Positions 39,898 to 49,804 are shown, counted from the first letter of the stretch. The stretch: DNA of 64,000 nt from an uncultured virus (IMG/VR IMGVR_UViG_3300014666_000034) (IMGVR_UViG_3300014666_000034:1-64000), one strand, 5' to 3'. The notes: a model not told the origin generated them from the sequence alone. A program made the numbers and translations.

Positions 39898-41445
39898 CTA
39901 AGCCACTTCTTCTAAATATTTATTTATTATTCTTCTGTAGTTTTCTTCATTCATATCTTGTGGTAACAATATGTAATATTCTAATCTATTCTTTTCGAGT
40001 ATGGATTTTTTCTTATTTAGAGATTGACGATATTTTTCTTTTGACTTAGATACAATAGGAGTATTGCTAAGATATGCCTCTATATGTTGTTGATTTGAGA
40101 GGATACCAGCAAGTTCAATATAAATAATTTGATTGTTTATAATTATTTTATAATCACAATTCATTTGCCCTTTATATGAATTATCTAAATCTTTGTACTT
40201 CACATCTCTAAAATATGATACGTTATGAATAAATCCATTATTTCTTAAGAAAGTGGAAAAGTCATATTCATATTTAGATACTACCTTTTCACCATCTTCA
40301 AACCTATGATTCATACCGTTCCCCGAACGTTGCAATTTACAACCATATCGTTTAACCTCTTTATTTAAAGTCGTCCCGTCTAATCTACAATGTTTACGTA
40401 CTTTTTCCACACATAACTTATCAAGGTTAAAGTCTTTATACATTACCGTATCTCGCCCATCACGTTTTACAGTTTCACATACGGTTTTAATACTTTTCAT
40501 AATCTTCTCATGAGGTATGTAATTTTCAGAATTTGGTTTAAAATAGCAATCGTGACTTAGTAATCCAAGATCTTTTATCATATTATTAAAATTTCCCCAA
40601 TATTTCCATATAATGCGAACACCAACAGATGTTTTACTCGTAACGATACCTTCGAAGTCAGATTGTAATAGAGGTCTCCCTAAGTCTTCTTGCTTTTTAA
40701 TAATTATAGAAGAAGCCTGCTCTTTTGTTAGCGAAGTCTTATTTTTGATTTTTATTCTCTCGGTTTCATTTCTGAATTTTATTTTACTGCTACTTATGTG
40801 ATTCCAAGATGTTTTTATTATGTTACCATCTCCATCGGTAAAATTCAGTAATTCTCTTGCATATCCCGATACCAGTAGGCCCGCTCCATCTATTTTTAGG
40901 TCAATATTGTTCAATTTACAATATAAGTTAATATTGTCGTACGTATATTTATTACGTTTAAAAAATCTATTTAATTCCTTTTGATTCTTATAAGCTGCCA
41001 TTACAGCATTATATGAATAATTATATTTATATCCCAGATTATCAACTAGATCTAGGTAATATGAATTGTGATTACTATCTTTGTGTATAATTTCTACATC
41101 ACCGGAGATATCATATGTTGTTTTATTGATAGTAATTGGAAATTTCTCTTTATTTTTCTGAGTTTGAATATTTACATTTAAAGATTTAGGTGTTTTATCG
41201 TCAAACCTTTTAACAAAATCAGCATAAGTTATGTTGTTACTATCCAATACTCTATATACCATATCCAGAGTTGGCATATTATATTTTGATAAACAATATC
41301 TCTGTGAAGGTGTTCTACCGTATGTAGTAATAAATTGCTCATATAAAATAATTAAATCATCGTAATTTAACTTAGAAGATAACACGGTTCTGTTACTAAT
41401 TTGTAGTTTTGTTGGTTGTGGCATAATTTCCTCATTTCTCCTCAT
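39898..41445 (-). CDS. Free-standing putative homing endonuclease (helical repeats plus C-terminal PD-(D/E)xK domain)
   Basis: GRTPS / LGRPL..KYWGNFNN.IKDLGL repeats; SKYE...CDYKI...IYIELAG. Confidence 0.6.
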   Translation of the reverse strand: MRRNEEIMPQPTKLQISNRTVLSSKLNYDDLIILYEQFITTYGRTPSQRYCLSKYNMPTLDMVYRVLDSNNITYADFVKRFDDKTPKSLNVNIQTQKNKEKFPITINKTTYDISGDVEIIHKDSNHNSYYLDLVDNLGYKYNYSYNAVMAAYKNQKELNRFFKRNKYTYDNINLYCKLNNIDLKIDGAGLLVSGYARELLNFTDGDGNIIKTSWNHISSSKIKFRNETERIKIKNKTSLTKEQASSIIIKKQEDLGRPLLQSDFEGIVTSKTSVGVRIIWKYWGNFNNMIKDLGLLSHDCYFKPNSENYIPHEKIMKSIKTVCETVKRDGRDTVMYKDFNLDKLCVEKVRKHCRLDGTTLNKEVKRYGCKLQRSGNGMNHRFEDGEKVVSKYEYDFSTFLRNNGFIHNVSYFRDVKYKDLDNSYKGQMNCDYKIIINNQIIYIELAGILSNQQHIEAYLSNTPIVSKSKEKYRQSLNKKKSILEKNRLEYYILLPQDMNEENYRRIINKYLEEVA

Positions 41446-41664
41446 TCAATAATAAAAGTAGAAGAGGGCGGTGCGAATGAGGTTACACCTTCTAAGGCTC
41501 ATGACTTCCTTATATCCTCTTCAAAATCCCAGTATCAGCAATGACGCACAATACTGGACACTACTTATTTCTCCAAACAAAAAGAGAATCACTGAAAAAT
41601 CAGCAATTCTCCATAAAAATAGACCCTACACGTTTGACCGCATAGAATCTCACATAATTACTAA

Positions 41665-41913
41665 TTATTCTTCATTTTCTTCTGCGTACTTTTCACATTC
41701 ATCATCGAATGTAGTACCAGAAAATGTCTCCCAACCTCTAGCCTTACAATACGGGCAATCATTCGGATGAGATTTGCCAGTAGCTGGCCCGTACTCAGCC
41801 ATATGTCTCTTGTAATCAATCTCCTCATCTGGATACTCAAAGGTGATTTTCTTATTCTTGTAATCATAAATCATATGTATTTCCTCCTTTAAAATTATAT
41901 TGTTTTTGACCAA
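41665..41913 (-). CDS. Small hypothetical protein (CPYC)
   Basis: Probable start at MIYDYK after AGGAGG. Confidence 0.55.
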   Translation of the reverse strand: MVKNNIILKEEIHMIYDYKNKKITFEYPDEEIDYKRHMAEYGPATGKSHPNDCPYCKARGWETFSGTTFDDECEKYAEENEE

Positions 41914-41939
41914 TTATTTTGGTAAATGGGTTATTATAT

Positions 41940-42086
41940 TTAATCTAACTTCTCCAAAAGTGTTTCAATAGTAATCATTTCTCCTAGTGATACTCGCCTA
42001 TCCTGTCGTTCTTCGAGAACTTCTTTTAAAATGGTTATTTCATCATCTGTAAGACGAATAATCTTCGTTATGGAATCATAGCACAT
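41940..42086 (-). CDS. Small hypothetical protein (48 aa)
   Basis: GGTGGTG RBS; MCYDSITKIIRLTDDEITILKE. Confidence 0.45.
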   Translation of the reverse strand: MCYDSITKIIRLTDDEITILKEVLEERQDRRVSLGEMITIETLLEKLD

Positions 42087-42107
42087 TCAACATCACCACC
42101 TATCAGA

Positions 42108-42383
42108 CTATGCTTTTACAGCATCTTTCAAGAGCTTACCAGCTTTAAATTTAGGAGCCTTAGTAGCAGCAATAGTCATAGGTTCGCCAGTTTTAGGATT
42201 TCTACCTTCACGTTCGGCTCTATTAGCTACTTCAAAAGTACCGAATCCTGTAATTGCAACCCTTTCACCTTTTACTAATTCTTCAGTAACAATATCTGTG
42301 AAAACTGCAAGTACTTTTTCTGCTTCCTTCTTGGACAGTTCTGCTTTTTCTGCGACTGCTGCGATTAACTCTGCTTTGTTCAT
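42108..42383 (-). CDS. hup: HU DNA-binding protein
   Basis: MNKAELIAAVAEK...GFGTFEV..RAEREGRNPKTGE...PKFKAGK. Confidence 0.96.
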   Translation of the reverse strand: MNKAELIAAVAEKAELSKKEAEKVLAVFTDIVTEELVKGERVAITGFGTFEVANRAEREGRNPKTGEPMTIAATKAPKFKAGKLLKDAVKA

Positions 42384-42447
42384 ATATTTTTAATCCTCAT
42401 TCTTTCTTGATTTTTAAGTAATAAAATAGAAGAGTAGCAAACTCTTC

Positions 42448-43416
42448 CTAAAGTACAATTACTTTTGTTTTATCCTGTATCAATTCGCCGGCCTGATTTT
42501 GACAAATGATAGCATAGCCCATCTTTTGTGGTTTACTTAATCTACCGTCCATATAATTCATTTTTCTAACATCACAGCAAGTACCCTGTTCAATCAATCG
42601 TATACGTCCTTTTGTCGTGTCACCTACTGCGTGAGTATGCGCCATAACTACCGCATCGAAAGGCTCGCTATATTCATCTTGAAGGAAATTCTTTGCCTGT
42701 TCTACAGTAGCCAAAGTTCCGCTTTTATAGGAGAATGGGTGCACGAACCAGGTTTTGCCTATTTTAGATTTCCAGTCATCAACAAATTGAATGTCTATAT
42801 CATCAAATATCTTTGTGATTGGATCATACCAAATTTTAGATTTAGATTTTTTATCGTAATGCCTTATTCCATCATCAAAAATTAATTCTAGTGAAGTATC
42901 TGGCAAGAGTTCTAATAAATCAGAATCAAGATTTTTGGCCAAATAATTAGCAAAGCGTTTATCATGATTTCCCCAATTACAAACTACACGTTTTGGTTTT
43001 ATGTATTCAATCAGATCTATTAAATACTGCCTACCTGAAATAATCTCTTCCATTGGGGACAGCCTATATTGTTTAGGAAAGCGAGAGAGTGCCTGACAAT
43101 CAACTACATCTCCATTTATTTGTAGAATGTCGATTTTACCAACATAATCGGAGAAAGTATTCAATGGTAGCTGATAAGGAACATGCAAATCTGAAACAGA
43201 TAGAATAGTAGTAGCAACTCCGCCATAGCCATGAATGTAGTTATCATATTTTTCATATCCTACAGCCTGTTTACGCAACTGATCTGGCGTTATTTCTAAT
43301 CCAAGCATGTCTCTTATCTCTATCCAGTCCATGTCTGTATTACCACGTTTCTTTGCTAGGCAGCATCTAATTTCCCAGCCGGTAAAATCTTCACCGTCTA
43401 ATCTCTGTAAGTCTAT
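42448..43416 (-). CDS. Calcineurin-like metallophosphoesterase (apparent ATA start)
   Basis: SDLH, NGDVVD, GNHD and AHTH motifs; frame open 28 codons upstream of tracked ATG to an ATA after GGGTGGG. Confidence 0.85.
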   Translation of the reverse strand: MDLQRLDGEDFTGWEIRCCLAKKRGNTDMDWIEIRDMLGLEITPDQLRKQAVGYEKYDNYIHGYGGVATTILSVSDLHVPYQLPLNTFSDYVGKIDILQINGDVVDCQALSRFPKQYRLSPMEEIISGRQYLIDLIEYIKPKRVVCNWGNHDKRFANYLAKNLDSDLLELLPDTSLELIFDDGIRHYDKKSKSKIWYDPITKIFDDIDIQFVDDWKSKIGKTWFVHPFSYKSGTLATVEQAKNFLQDEYSEPFDAVVMAHTHAVGDTTKGRIRLIEQGTCCDVRKMNYMDGRLSKPQKMGYAIICQNQAGELIQDKTKVIVL

Positions 43417-43433
43417 ACGTCAGCCCACCCTTC

Positions 43434-43661
43434 TTATTCTTCATCATCAGACAGGTCAATATTTTCTGCTTCGACTGGAAGCTCAATAGTAATTTTAAAA
43501 CTTATCCTATCTATATCATTAGGTAAAGCATCAATAACCTGCTGCGTAATATCACCAGTCTCATCAACAAATTTTAGATCCTTTATATAAACATCTTTTA
43601 CTTGAATGTTTTTCTTGGCAGGAGTTAATTTCTCTGCACTTTCAGTTACTTTAATCATCAA
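43434..43661 (-). CDS. Hypothetical protein
   Basis: 75 aa, AGGAAG RBS. Confidence 0.65.
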   Translation of the reverse strand: MMIKVTESAEKLTPAKKNIQVKDVYIKDLKFVDETGDITQQVIDALPNDIDRISFKITIELPVEAENIDLSDDEE

Positions 43662-43724
43662 AAAATCTTCCTTTCATTGTTATGTTTTTGCAATAAAATA
43701 GAAGAGTGTATTTACTCTTCCGAA

Positions 43725-43907
43725 TTAGTTTACCTGTCTAATGGTCTTAGAATTTCTAATCTTATTTAAATCTGCAATTGCTTTTCTGGATTCAGTTACG
43801 TAATATTTCTTATACCGACTATAAGTGTGATGTAGGTCGCCTTCGCTTCCAAATGAATATCCTAATCGATGTAGTTCAATACTTTCTGACTTCGTAATTT
43901 CTACGAT
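43725..43907 (-). CDS. Small phage protein (60 aa, apparent ATC/ATA start)
   Basis: AGAAGG RBS; VEITKSESIELHRLG...YKKYYVTES; absent from the ORF track. Confidence 0.5.
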   Translation of the reverse strand: MVEITKSESIELHRLGYSFGSEGDLHHTYSRYKKYYVTESRKAIADLNKIRNSKTIRQVN

Positions 43908-43953
43908 TATAAAAACCTTCTTTCTTAATATGTATTTCCGTATATCACGGGAG

Positions 43954-44028
43954 TAGGTGTAGGTAGATTTGAACTATCGGCACACGGCTTATAAAGCCGC
44001 CGCTCTAACCAGACTGAGCTATACACCT
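43954..44028 (-). tRNA. tRNA-Ile(UAU)
   Basis: AGGTGTA/TACACCT acceptor, TAGCTCAGTCTGGTTAGAGC D arm, anticodon loop TTTATAA, GTTCAAAT T loop. Confidence 0.85.
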
Positions 44029-44176
44029 AAAGATACCAATGGCAACACCTCTAGATTTAGTAATGCTACCATTGGCATGAAAGGAAGATATGAACTGCAT
44101 AAAAGGTAAATTTCAATTTGAATTACTTGTACTTCCATATCTGATATATACGTAGGTAAAAACACCGATAAATGGC

Positions 44177-45088
44177 TCAACCACAAGGAAAGATGATATT
44201 TTGGCTTTCGTTACATTTATTTTTCCTATATTTTTGCACCCTAATCTTTGTTTGATTCCTTATAACTTCCTTTTTACAATTACTGCAATATTTTGTTGAA
44301 TAATCATGTTTATTAGCTTTCTCAACAATCACACCGCACATTTCACAGCGTTTGTATTTCTTGTGATCACGTACATTGTAGTATTGCTTCTGATATTTTC
44401 TTATCTCTCCATCGAGGCTCCTATTTATATATCTAACATAAAAATTATCTTCTGTTATAAAATCAAATCTACTTAGTAATTTTGTCTTATCTTCGTATTC
44501 GCCTATAAGTTTACAATTATTAAAACATCTTAGTAAGAACCTCTCAATTAATTCCTTATAGTTTTCCCATGGTAATTCCATTTTTTGTCTTTGTAGCTTT
44601 ACCTTTATATATATAGATTCCTGTATGGCGTTATCTATGGTAGCTGTAACTGCGTCAGCATCTATATCTTTTTCGCCTTCAATCCACTGAAAATATAAGT
44701 GTTTTGGTGTTTTCAGTAATTCCATGTACTCTTTTGATAAAATTATTTCTTTATCAAAATATCTAGTATAGATATTATTTACTTTTTGCCTAATGAAAGA
44801 GCACCAGTTTTCATCTTTTGTCATTGATTTATAGTATTTATACTCAACGCTTGACCAAGCGTTAAATACTTGTCCCAAATCTGTTTCCAATAAATCTTTT
44901 CTTACATTAAACTTTATTGATTTTGTGTAAATGCGCCTTTTATTATTGGAAGACCAGATAGAAGAGCAGAACGATTTGAATATCTTGTCCTTTTCTTCTT
45001 CTGATCCAGCCTCTTTATAATCCTCAATTATTTCATACAAATACGTTTCGTTGCTATCGTATATATGTATCACCCACCTCAAACTCAT
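44177..45088 (-). CDS. Protein coupled to the YonO-like RNAP (possible promoter-specificity factor), C-terminal Zn ribbon
   Basis: Overlaps RNAP stop; helical body; CEMC...CSNC. Confidence 0.55.
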   Translation of the reverse strand: MSLRWVIHIYDSNETYLYEIIEDYKEAGSEEEKDKIFKSFCSSIWSSNNKRRIYTKSIKFNVRKDLLETDLGQVFNAWSSVEYKYYKSMTKDENWCSFIRQKVNNIYTRYFDKEIILSKEYMELLKTPKHLYFQWIEGEKDIDADAVTATIDNAIQESIYIKVKLQRQKMELPWENYKELIERFLLRCFNNCKLIGEYEDKTKLLSRFDFITEDNFYVRYINRSLDGEIRKYQKQYYNVRDHKKYKRCEMCGVIVEKANKHDYSTKYCSNCKKEVIRNQTKIRVQKYRKNKCNESQNIIFPCG

Positions 45089-47678
45089 AATATTTTCCTA
45101 GATATTCATAGGAATCATTTGTTTTATAAGGAACCTCTTTAATGGAAATGTTTCTTTTGGGATTTGTGTTATTCTTAAGATTTAGAATAATATATTCACC
45201 ATACGCTGACCAAGCTAGTGACTTGCTAATAGAAAGACTGCTATAAGATACCTTAATTATGTAATTAGCAATTAAATATTCGTCCATGTTTAAATCTTTG
45301 GTGATTCTTGATTTAAACTCATCAATCAGAATGCCCATTGGAAAACTATCATGTTTAGCAGCTGAGTTATCTCTTACATTTAAATGCTTCTTGATTTCGC
45401 TAGCATAATCATTAATGTATTTCCTGCATATCCTCATCACCTTTTTGTTGGATAGATCTAGATCATTATCTATAATCAAACATCTGGTATCAACTAAATT
45501 ATTAATGTCATTGTCCCATAAAACTCTTTTCTTTTCCCACGTGCAAATATAATCACATAACTCATTCATAGGGGAAGGAGAGAAGTATGCATTTAGCTTT
45601 ATCTTGTCTTCTGATTTTTCTATACCTTTATTTTTCTCACGCAATGATAAAAAGGTTTTCATTTTTTTGGGATAATTAAAGAGTAGAAAATATGGCAATT
45701 GCTTCATATACTTTCGCAGTCCACTATTCATATGCCACCTAAATCCGGTTTTGATAAAATCAATCTCTTTACCCTGGAACACTCTTAAAAGAGAAGAATA
45801 GTCTGAATATAACTTCTTGATGTCATCATTTACTGCATATCTATTTTCAATACTTGTGGCGACGTTAGTTATTTCCCCAATACGATTATCTCTTGTCATA
45901 ACCTCATATTCGATGATATTTTCCTTTGTATATGGCTTTGCTTTTGCAGTCACTTTATCCTCTATATCTAATATTATCGGCTTTTCGATTTTAGAGGATA
46001 CGAGGATTTTATCTTCGCTCAACAGGAAAATATCTCCATCCGTATCGGCACCCCCCTGTTGTGGCAGAGAAATATCATTCATATTAAACATAACAACATC
46101 CTGGTCTTTAAAATGGCTAAACCATTTTGATGTAATTTCGTTCTGAACAATTTTAACCTTATTTACCTCTGATGGGTCAACCAAGGGTGATCTAAATGAT
46201 ACACAGTCTCCGATATTAAAGTTCCCACTATATAATTCTCTTTCGCCTAAGCAACCCACCGGTTCCTCACCAACAACATATTGCAAATACCCGTACATAT
46301 CACCAACACCGGTATGATAAAATCCAGAGCAATATATTTTTCCTACTTTCATCTCATCTATAGACTTTTTTAGCTTACGATATATAAATTGCTTCACGGC
46401 AGGATCTTTTAGCATAACATCATTTATCATAGCAGCTTCTAGATATTTACTTTCCGGTTCATAATCTTCAGTGTTATTTATACCCATGAATTTATAGGTA
46501 TAAAACTTATCACCTTTGATTATTTTTTCAAATAGTTCTGTTGTATATCTTGCCAATTTAATTATTTTACCATCATTGCTATTATCAAGAACATCGTAAA
46601 CACCATCAGTCCCACTATTATAATAATCTACGTATTTCTTATTCCACAGATCCAGGCACTGCAAATACTGAAAGTTCATACGTGTATATTTGTTTAAGTG
46701 TTTAACATGATGACTGTATTTGCTTATACCAAGGCTAAAACCATATTTGTTAACTGTTTTCATGTATTCAATCCATGCCTCGTTGCCATATTTGTCTTTG
46801 AAAATTTTGTGGCCTTTAAACATAGATGTATTCCAGATACAATCTACATCGTCTATATGATGCCGCTTACCATATATGTCGGTTATGTATTCATATCCCC
46901 ACTCTCTCAGAATATCTCTAAATGGAACATATACTGAATAGCCTTTCATGAGTGGAATCCGTACTTGTGAACCGATTGCGTCATAATCAAGACCTATCTG
47001 TGAACTTACTTTTTCCACAAATTCTTTTTCATGACAGCCGCTTCCGTCAAAAGGAGAAATTTTAATATCTCGATAACCTTCCTCAATTTCTCTGGAATTA
47101 TATTTCTTTATTTTTCCAGTTTCTTTATCCACAAACTCTTTTTCTTTTTCTACTACATACTTAATCCACTGATGTTTGATTATCTTTTCGTACTCATCAA
47201 CTATTATAATTCGTGGCATATAATCTTTGATCAATGTGCATGAGCTGAATAATAAACATCTTTGTGATTCATATTTAGAAATGACACATTCAGTAATCTC
47301 AATGTCCATCTGGGTTATTATATATAGCTCATCAAATATCTCATCGCAAACAAAAGCTGTTATTCCGTCCTTCCCCTGAGATGCCGATTTACCAAAGCGA
47401 GTATAGTGAACACCATTATATGTAAATCCAGTATCTAATATTTGCCGTAAGGCCGACTCTTGCTTTGGATTTTTTTTGGCAACCATAAGGATTATTTCAC
47501 TTATATGAGTAGATTTTCTACCGCGTAGCTTTTCTATTTGGTCAAACAATAGTGAATCACCTTGTTCTATTAAGTACTCGTTTTCAATTTCAGTTTTTTT
47601 GTCAATAGAAACATCGAAATCCTGCTTTATTAGTATACTGATTGGTATTTTCACAAGCGTATATTGCGTATTATTGAT
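45054..47678 (-). CDS. YonO-like single-subunit (RdRP-related, double-psi barrel) DNA-dependent RNA polymerase
   Basis: SPFDGSG, QVRIPLMKG, FRSPL, GGADTDGD catalytic loop, IGEITN, QGKEIDFIKTG; apparent ATC start 8 codons upstream of tracked GTG. Confidence 0.88.
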   Translation of the reverse strand: MNNTQYTLVKIPISILIKQDFDVSIDKKTEIENEYLIEQGDSLLFDQIEKLRGRKSTHISEIILMVAKKNPKQESALRQILDTGFTYNGVHYTRFGKSASQGKDGITAFVCDEIFDELYIITQMDIEITECVISKYESQRCLLFSSCTLIKDYMPRIIIVDEYEKIIKHQWIKYVVEKEKEFVDKETGKIKKYNSREIEEGYRDIKISPFDGSGCHEKEFVEKVSSQIGLDYDAIGSQVRIPLMKGYSVYVPFRDILREWGYEYITDIYGKRHHIDDVDCIWNTSMFKGHKIFKDKYGNEAWIEYMKTVNKYGFSLGISKYSHHVKHLNKYTRMNFQYLQCLDLWNKKYVDYYNSGTDGVYDVLDNSNDGKIIKLARYTTELFEKIIKGDKFYTYKFMGINNTEDYEPESKYLEAAMINDVMLKDPAVKQFIYRKLKKSIDEMKVGKIYCSGFYHTGVGDMYGYLQYVVGEEPVGCLGERELYSGNFNIGDCVSFRSPLVDPSEVNKVKIVQNEITSKWFSHFKDQDVVMFNMNDISLPQQGGADTDGDIFLLSEDKILVSSKIEKPIILDIEDKVTAKAKPYTKENIIEYEVMTRDNRIGEITNVATSIENRYAVNDDIKKLYSDYSSLLRVFQGKEIDFIKTGFRWHMNSGLRKYMKQLPYFLLFNYPKKMKTFLSLREKNKGIEKSEDKIKLNAYFSPSPMNELCDYICTWEKKRVLWDNDINNLVDTRCLIIDNDLDLSNKKVMRICRKYINDYASEIKKHLNVRDNSAAKHDSFPMGILIDEFKSRITKDLNMDEYLIANYIIKVSYSSLSISKSLAWSAYGEYIILNLKNNTNPKRNISIKEVPYKTNDSYEYLGKYYEFEVGDTYIR

Positions 47679-47695
47679 TTCACCTCACCCCCTAT

Positions 47696-48028
47696 CTATT
47701 TATTTAAAAACGTAACGTCGTAACCATCGACATCTACAGAAATCGGAAGCATGGAAGCGATTTTATCTCTTTGTTTATCTGTCATTCTTGAAATATTCAA
47801 GGCTTCTTTTATTTGCCTTTTAACGTCGAAAGAAGATATAGTTCCGTCATGAAATTGAAATGTGGCAATATATTTGCTATACTCAACCACGGAATAATTT
47901 CCGTATCCATTGTTTTTTACATAATCAGCATTCTTCATTGCCTTTCGTATATCATTTTTCTTGTATCCTCTACTGGAATTAATATTACAACCAGGAACCC
48001 ATTCTAAAGCAACAATCTTACCTTTCAT
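47696..48028 (-). CDS. Hypothetical protein
   Basis: 110 aa, GGAGG RBS. Confidence 0.65.
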   Translation of the reverse strand: MKGKIVALEWVPGCNINSSRGYKKNDIRKAMKNADYVKNNGYGNYSVVEYSKYIATFQFHDGTISSFDVKRQIKEALNISRMTDKQRDKIASMLPISVDVDGYDVTFLNK

Positions 48029-48062
48029 AAACCCTCCTCTTAAAGAAACATCTATTTAATTA

Positions 48063-48353
48063 TCAATCAACAAACCACACAGGTACTTTGCAATCAATCC
48101 CTTCAGCAGCTCGATATATCCGATAACTACTTAGTCCATCGACAAGCACAAAATCCTTATTCAGCACGATTCTGCTTTCGCAATATCCGTTTCTATGGTA
48201 GAACTGCCATTTTCTTTTATATTTAGCCGGTTTAATTATCGACCGGCTAAATTGTGGCGTAATATGTATATCACTTAGTTTCACCCAATACTCATAACCA
48301 TGTTCATATTTACCAACCAGTCTCTTTGCAAATCTAATTGCCCATTTACTCAT
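48063..48353 (-). CDS. Hypothetical protein (ParB-like LVDG motif)
   Basis: IVLNKDFVLVDGLSSY. Confidence 0.55.
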   Translation of the reverse strand: MSKWAIRFAKRLVGKYEHGYEYWVKLSDIHITPQFSRSIIKPAKYKRKWQFYHRNGYCESRIVLNKDFVLVDGLSSYRIYRAAEGIDCKVPVWFVD

Positions 48354-48709
48354 GATTTCACCTCCATATCGTTAACAACTAGTCTTTCTCTTTCTAAAAC
48401 TTCAAAACCCATATCAAAACATTTCAACTCATACTCATATCTATCTATGTACTTCTTAAAGAATCCATTTGTGAGAAGATCCGTAACATACTGAGCCATA
48501 TCCCTTTTGATTGACTTCATATCCGACTCGATTTCTACGTTTGCTGCCTCTTCAATGAGATCCCACTTACTCACAGTATTTTCATGTAGTAGAAGAGTAG
48601 TGTAGTATTTCTTTTTCTCGTTATCCCACCTCGCCATTGCAATGACTGAATAACCATTCTGTAAATCAATTGAAACTGTCACATTTGCCTCTGTTTCGTA
48701 TCTAAGCAT
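48350..48709 (-). CDS. Hypothetical protein
   Basis: 119 aa, AAAGGA RBS. Confidence 0.65.
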   Translation of the reverse strand: MLRYETEANVTVSIDLQNGYSVIAMARWDNEKKKYYTTLLLHENTVSKWDLIEEAANVEIESDMKSIKRDMAQYVTDLLTNGFFKKYIDRYEYELKCFDMGFEVLERERLVVNDMEVKS

Positions 48710-48828
48710 ATTTAATTTCCTTTCTATTCATTAATATTGAATTTTTGAATGCACTCCTGTTATGTAAGTATTTCTCCATTGAATGTAGTGAAATTTTCTG
48801 TTCAATGGTAGTTATTAAAATTTAAAGA

Positions 48829-49185
48829 TTAAAACTGATTCTGTGTGCCTTTACTGGCCTTGTATTTTCTCATACGCTCAGCGGCTGCCTGTTTCTGTTC
48901 TTCTGATAGCTCTTTCTTCTTTGCCCGAAAACTGATTAACGTCTTATCTTGAAGCAAATATGTTTTTCCACACTTTGTTTCTTCAATAACTGAGTACATC
49001 TCAGGACTAGAACCACACAGTTTATCTAGCTTTGTTATGTAAGTACTGTCCGACGTGTAAATGGTTGCAGTTTTCTCGTCCCTCATCATATTGATACATA
49101 CTTCCTGCTCATAAATTGGAACAGAAGTTGGTGACTTTATTTCCAACGATTCTTCATCTTCGATATATTCATCATTCATTTTCAT
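48829..49185 (-). CDS. Phage hypothetical protein
   Basis: EQEVCIN..RDEKTATIYTSD..YITKL; LSEEQKQAAAERM. Confidence 0.7.
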   Translation of the reverse strand: MKMNDEYIEDEESLEIKSPTSVPIYEQEVCINMMRDEKTATIYTSDSTYITKLDKLCGSSPEMYSVIEETKCGKTYLLQDKTLISFRAKKKELSEEQKQAAAERMRKYKASKGTQNQF

Positions 49186-49228
49186 TTATTTTCTCCTTTT
49201 AAATTGTATCTTGATCTATTCGTTACAT

Positions 49229-49804
49229 TTACATATTCTCTAACCATACTTCCCAATAGCCATCGCGATACTTGGTCTTTAACTGTTCTTTACCAAAATG
49301 GAATTTCGCAAGTTCCATGATTTGATATATGTAATAACAATAATCAACCTGTCCGGAACGAATGTTGCTCAATACATCATTTATATATCCACAATATTGC
49401 TGCCAATTAGTACAACCATGATAAACACCCTTTGTTTCTTCATTCCATATACCAGATTCTTTTGAACCTTTACCCCCAAGCTTCTTCACGTCTTTTGAGT
49501 ATCCGTGATTAAACAATTTCCGCACATTAAATTCCTTTTGCCACTTTTCATCTGTTAGAGTGGAAGATGGGCGACCATTCGTGTTTGATACAATTTTCAT
49601 TTCTCTTAATTCTTCAAGTGTCATATTTTTATACTTTCTCTCCTCGTTGTTTTTTACTTTCTTTGCTTCTAGCGACGAATGCAGGTTATTGGCCTCAATC
49701 TGATTACTAATTCTCTTTTTATTTGGGAGAGTAGTGTTAAAATCTTCTGGTGAAATTTCACCTCCGTAAGTATTATGGTTTGAGTATGTAATTGTTTCTG
49801 TCAT
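49229..49804 (-). CDS. Hypothetical protein
   Basis: 191 aa, AGGAG RBS. Confidence 0.65.
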   Translation of the reverse strand: MTETITYSNHNTYGGEISPEDFNTTLPNKKRISNQIEANNLHSSLEAKKVKNNEERKYKNMTLEELREMKIVSNTNGRPSSTLTDEKWQKEFNVRKLFNHGYSKDVKKLGGKGSKESGIWNEETKGVYHGCTNWQQYCGYINDVLSNIRSGQVDYCYYIYQIMELAKFHFGKEQLKTKYRDGYWEVWLENM

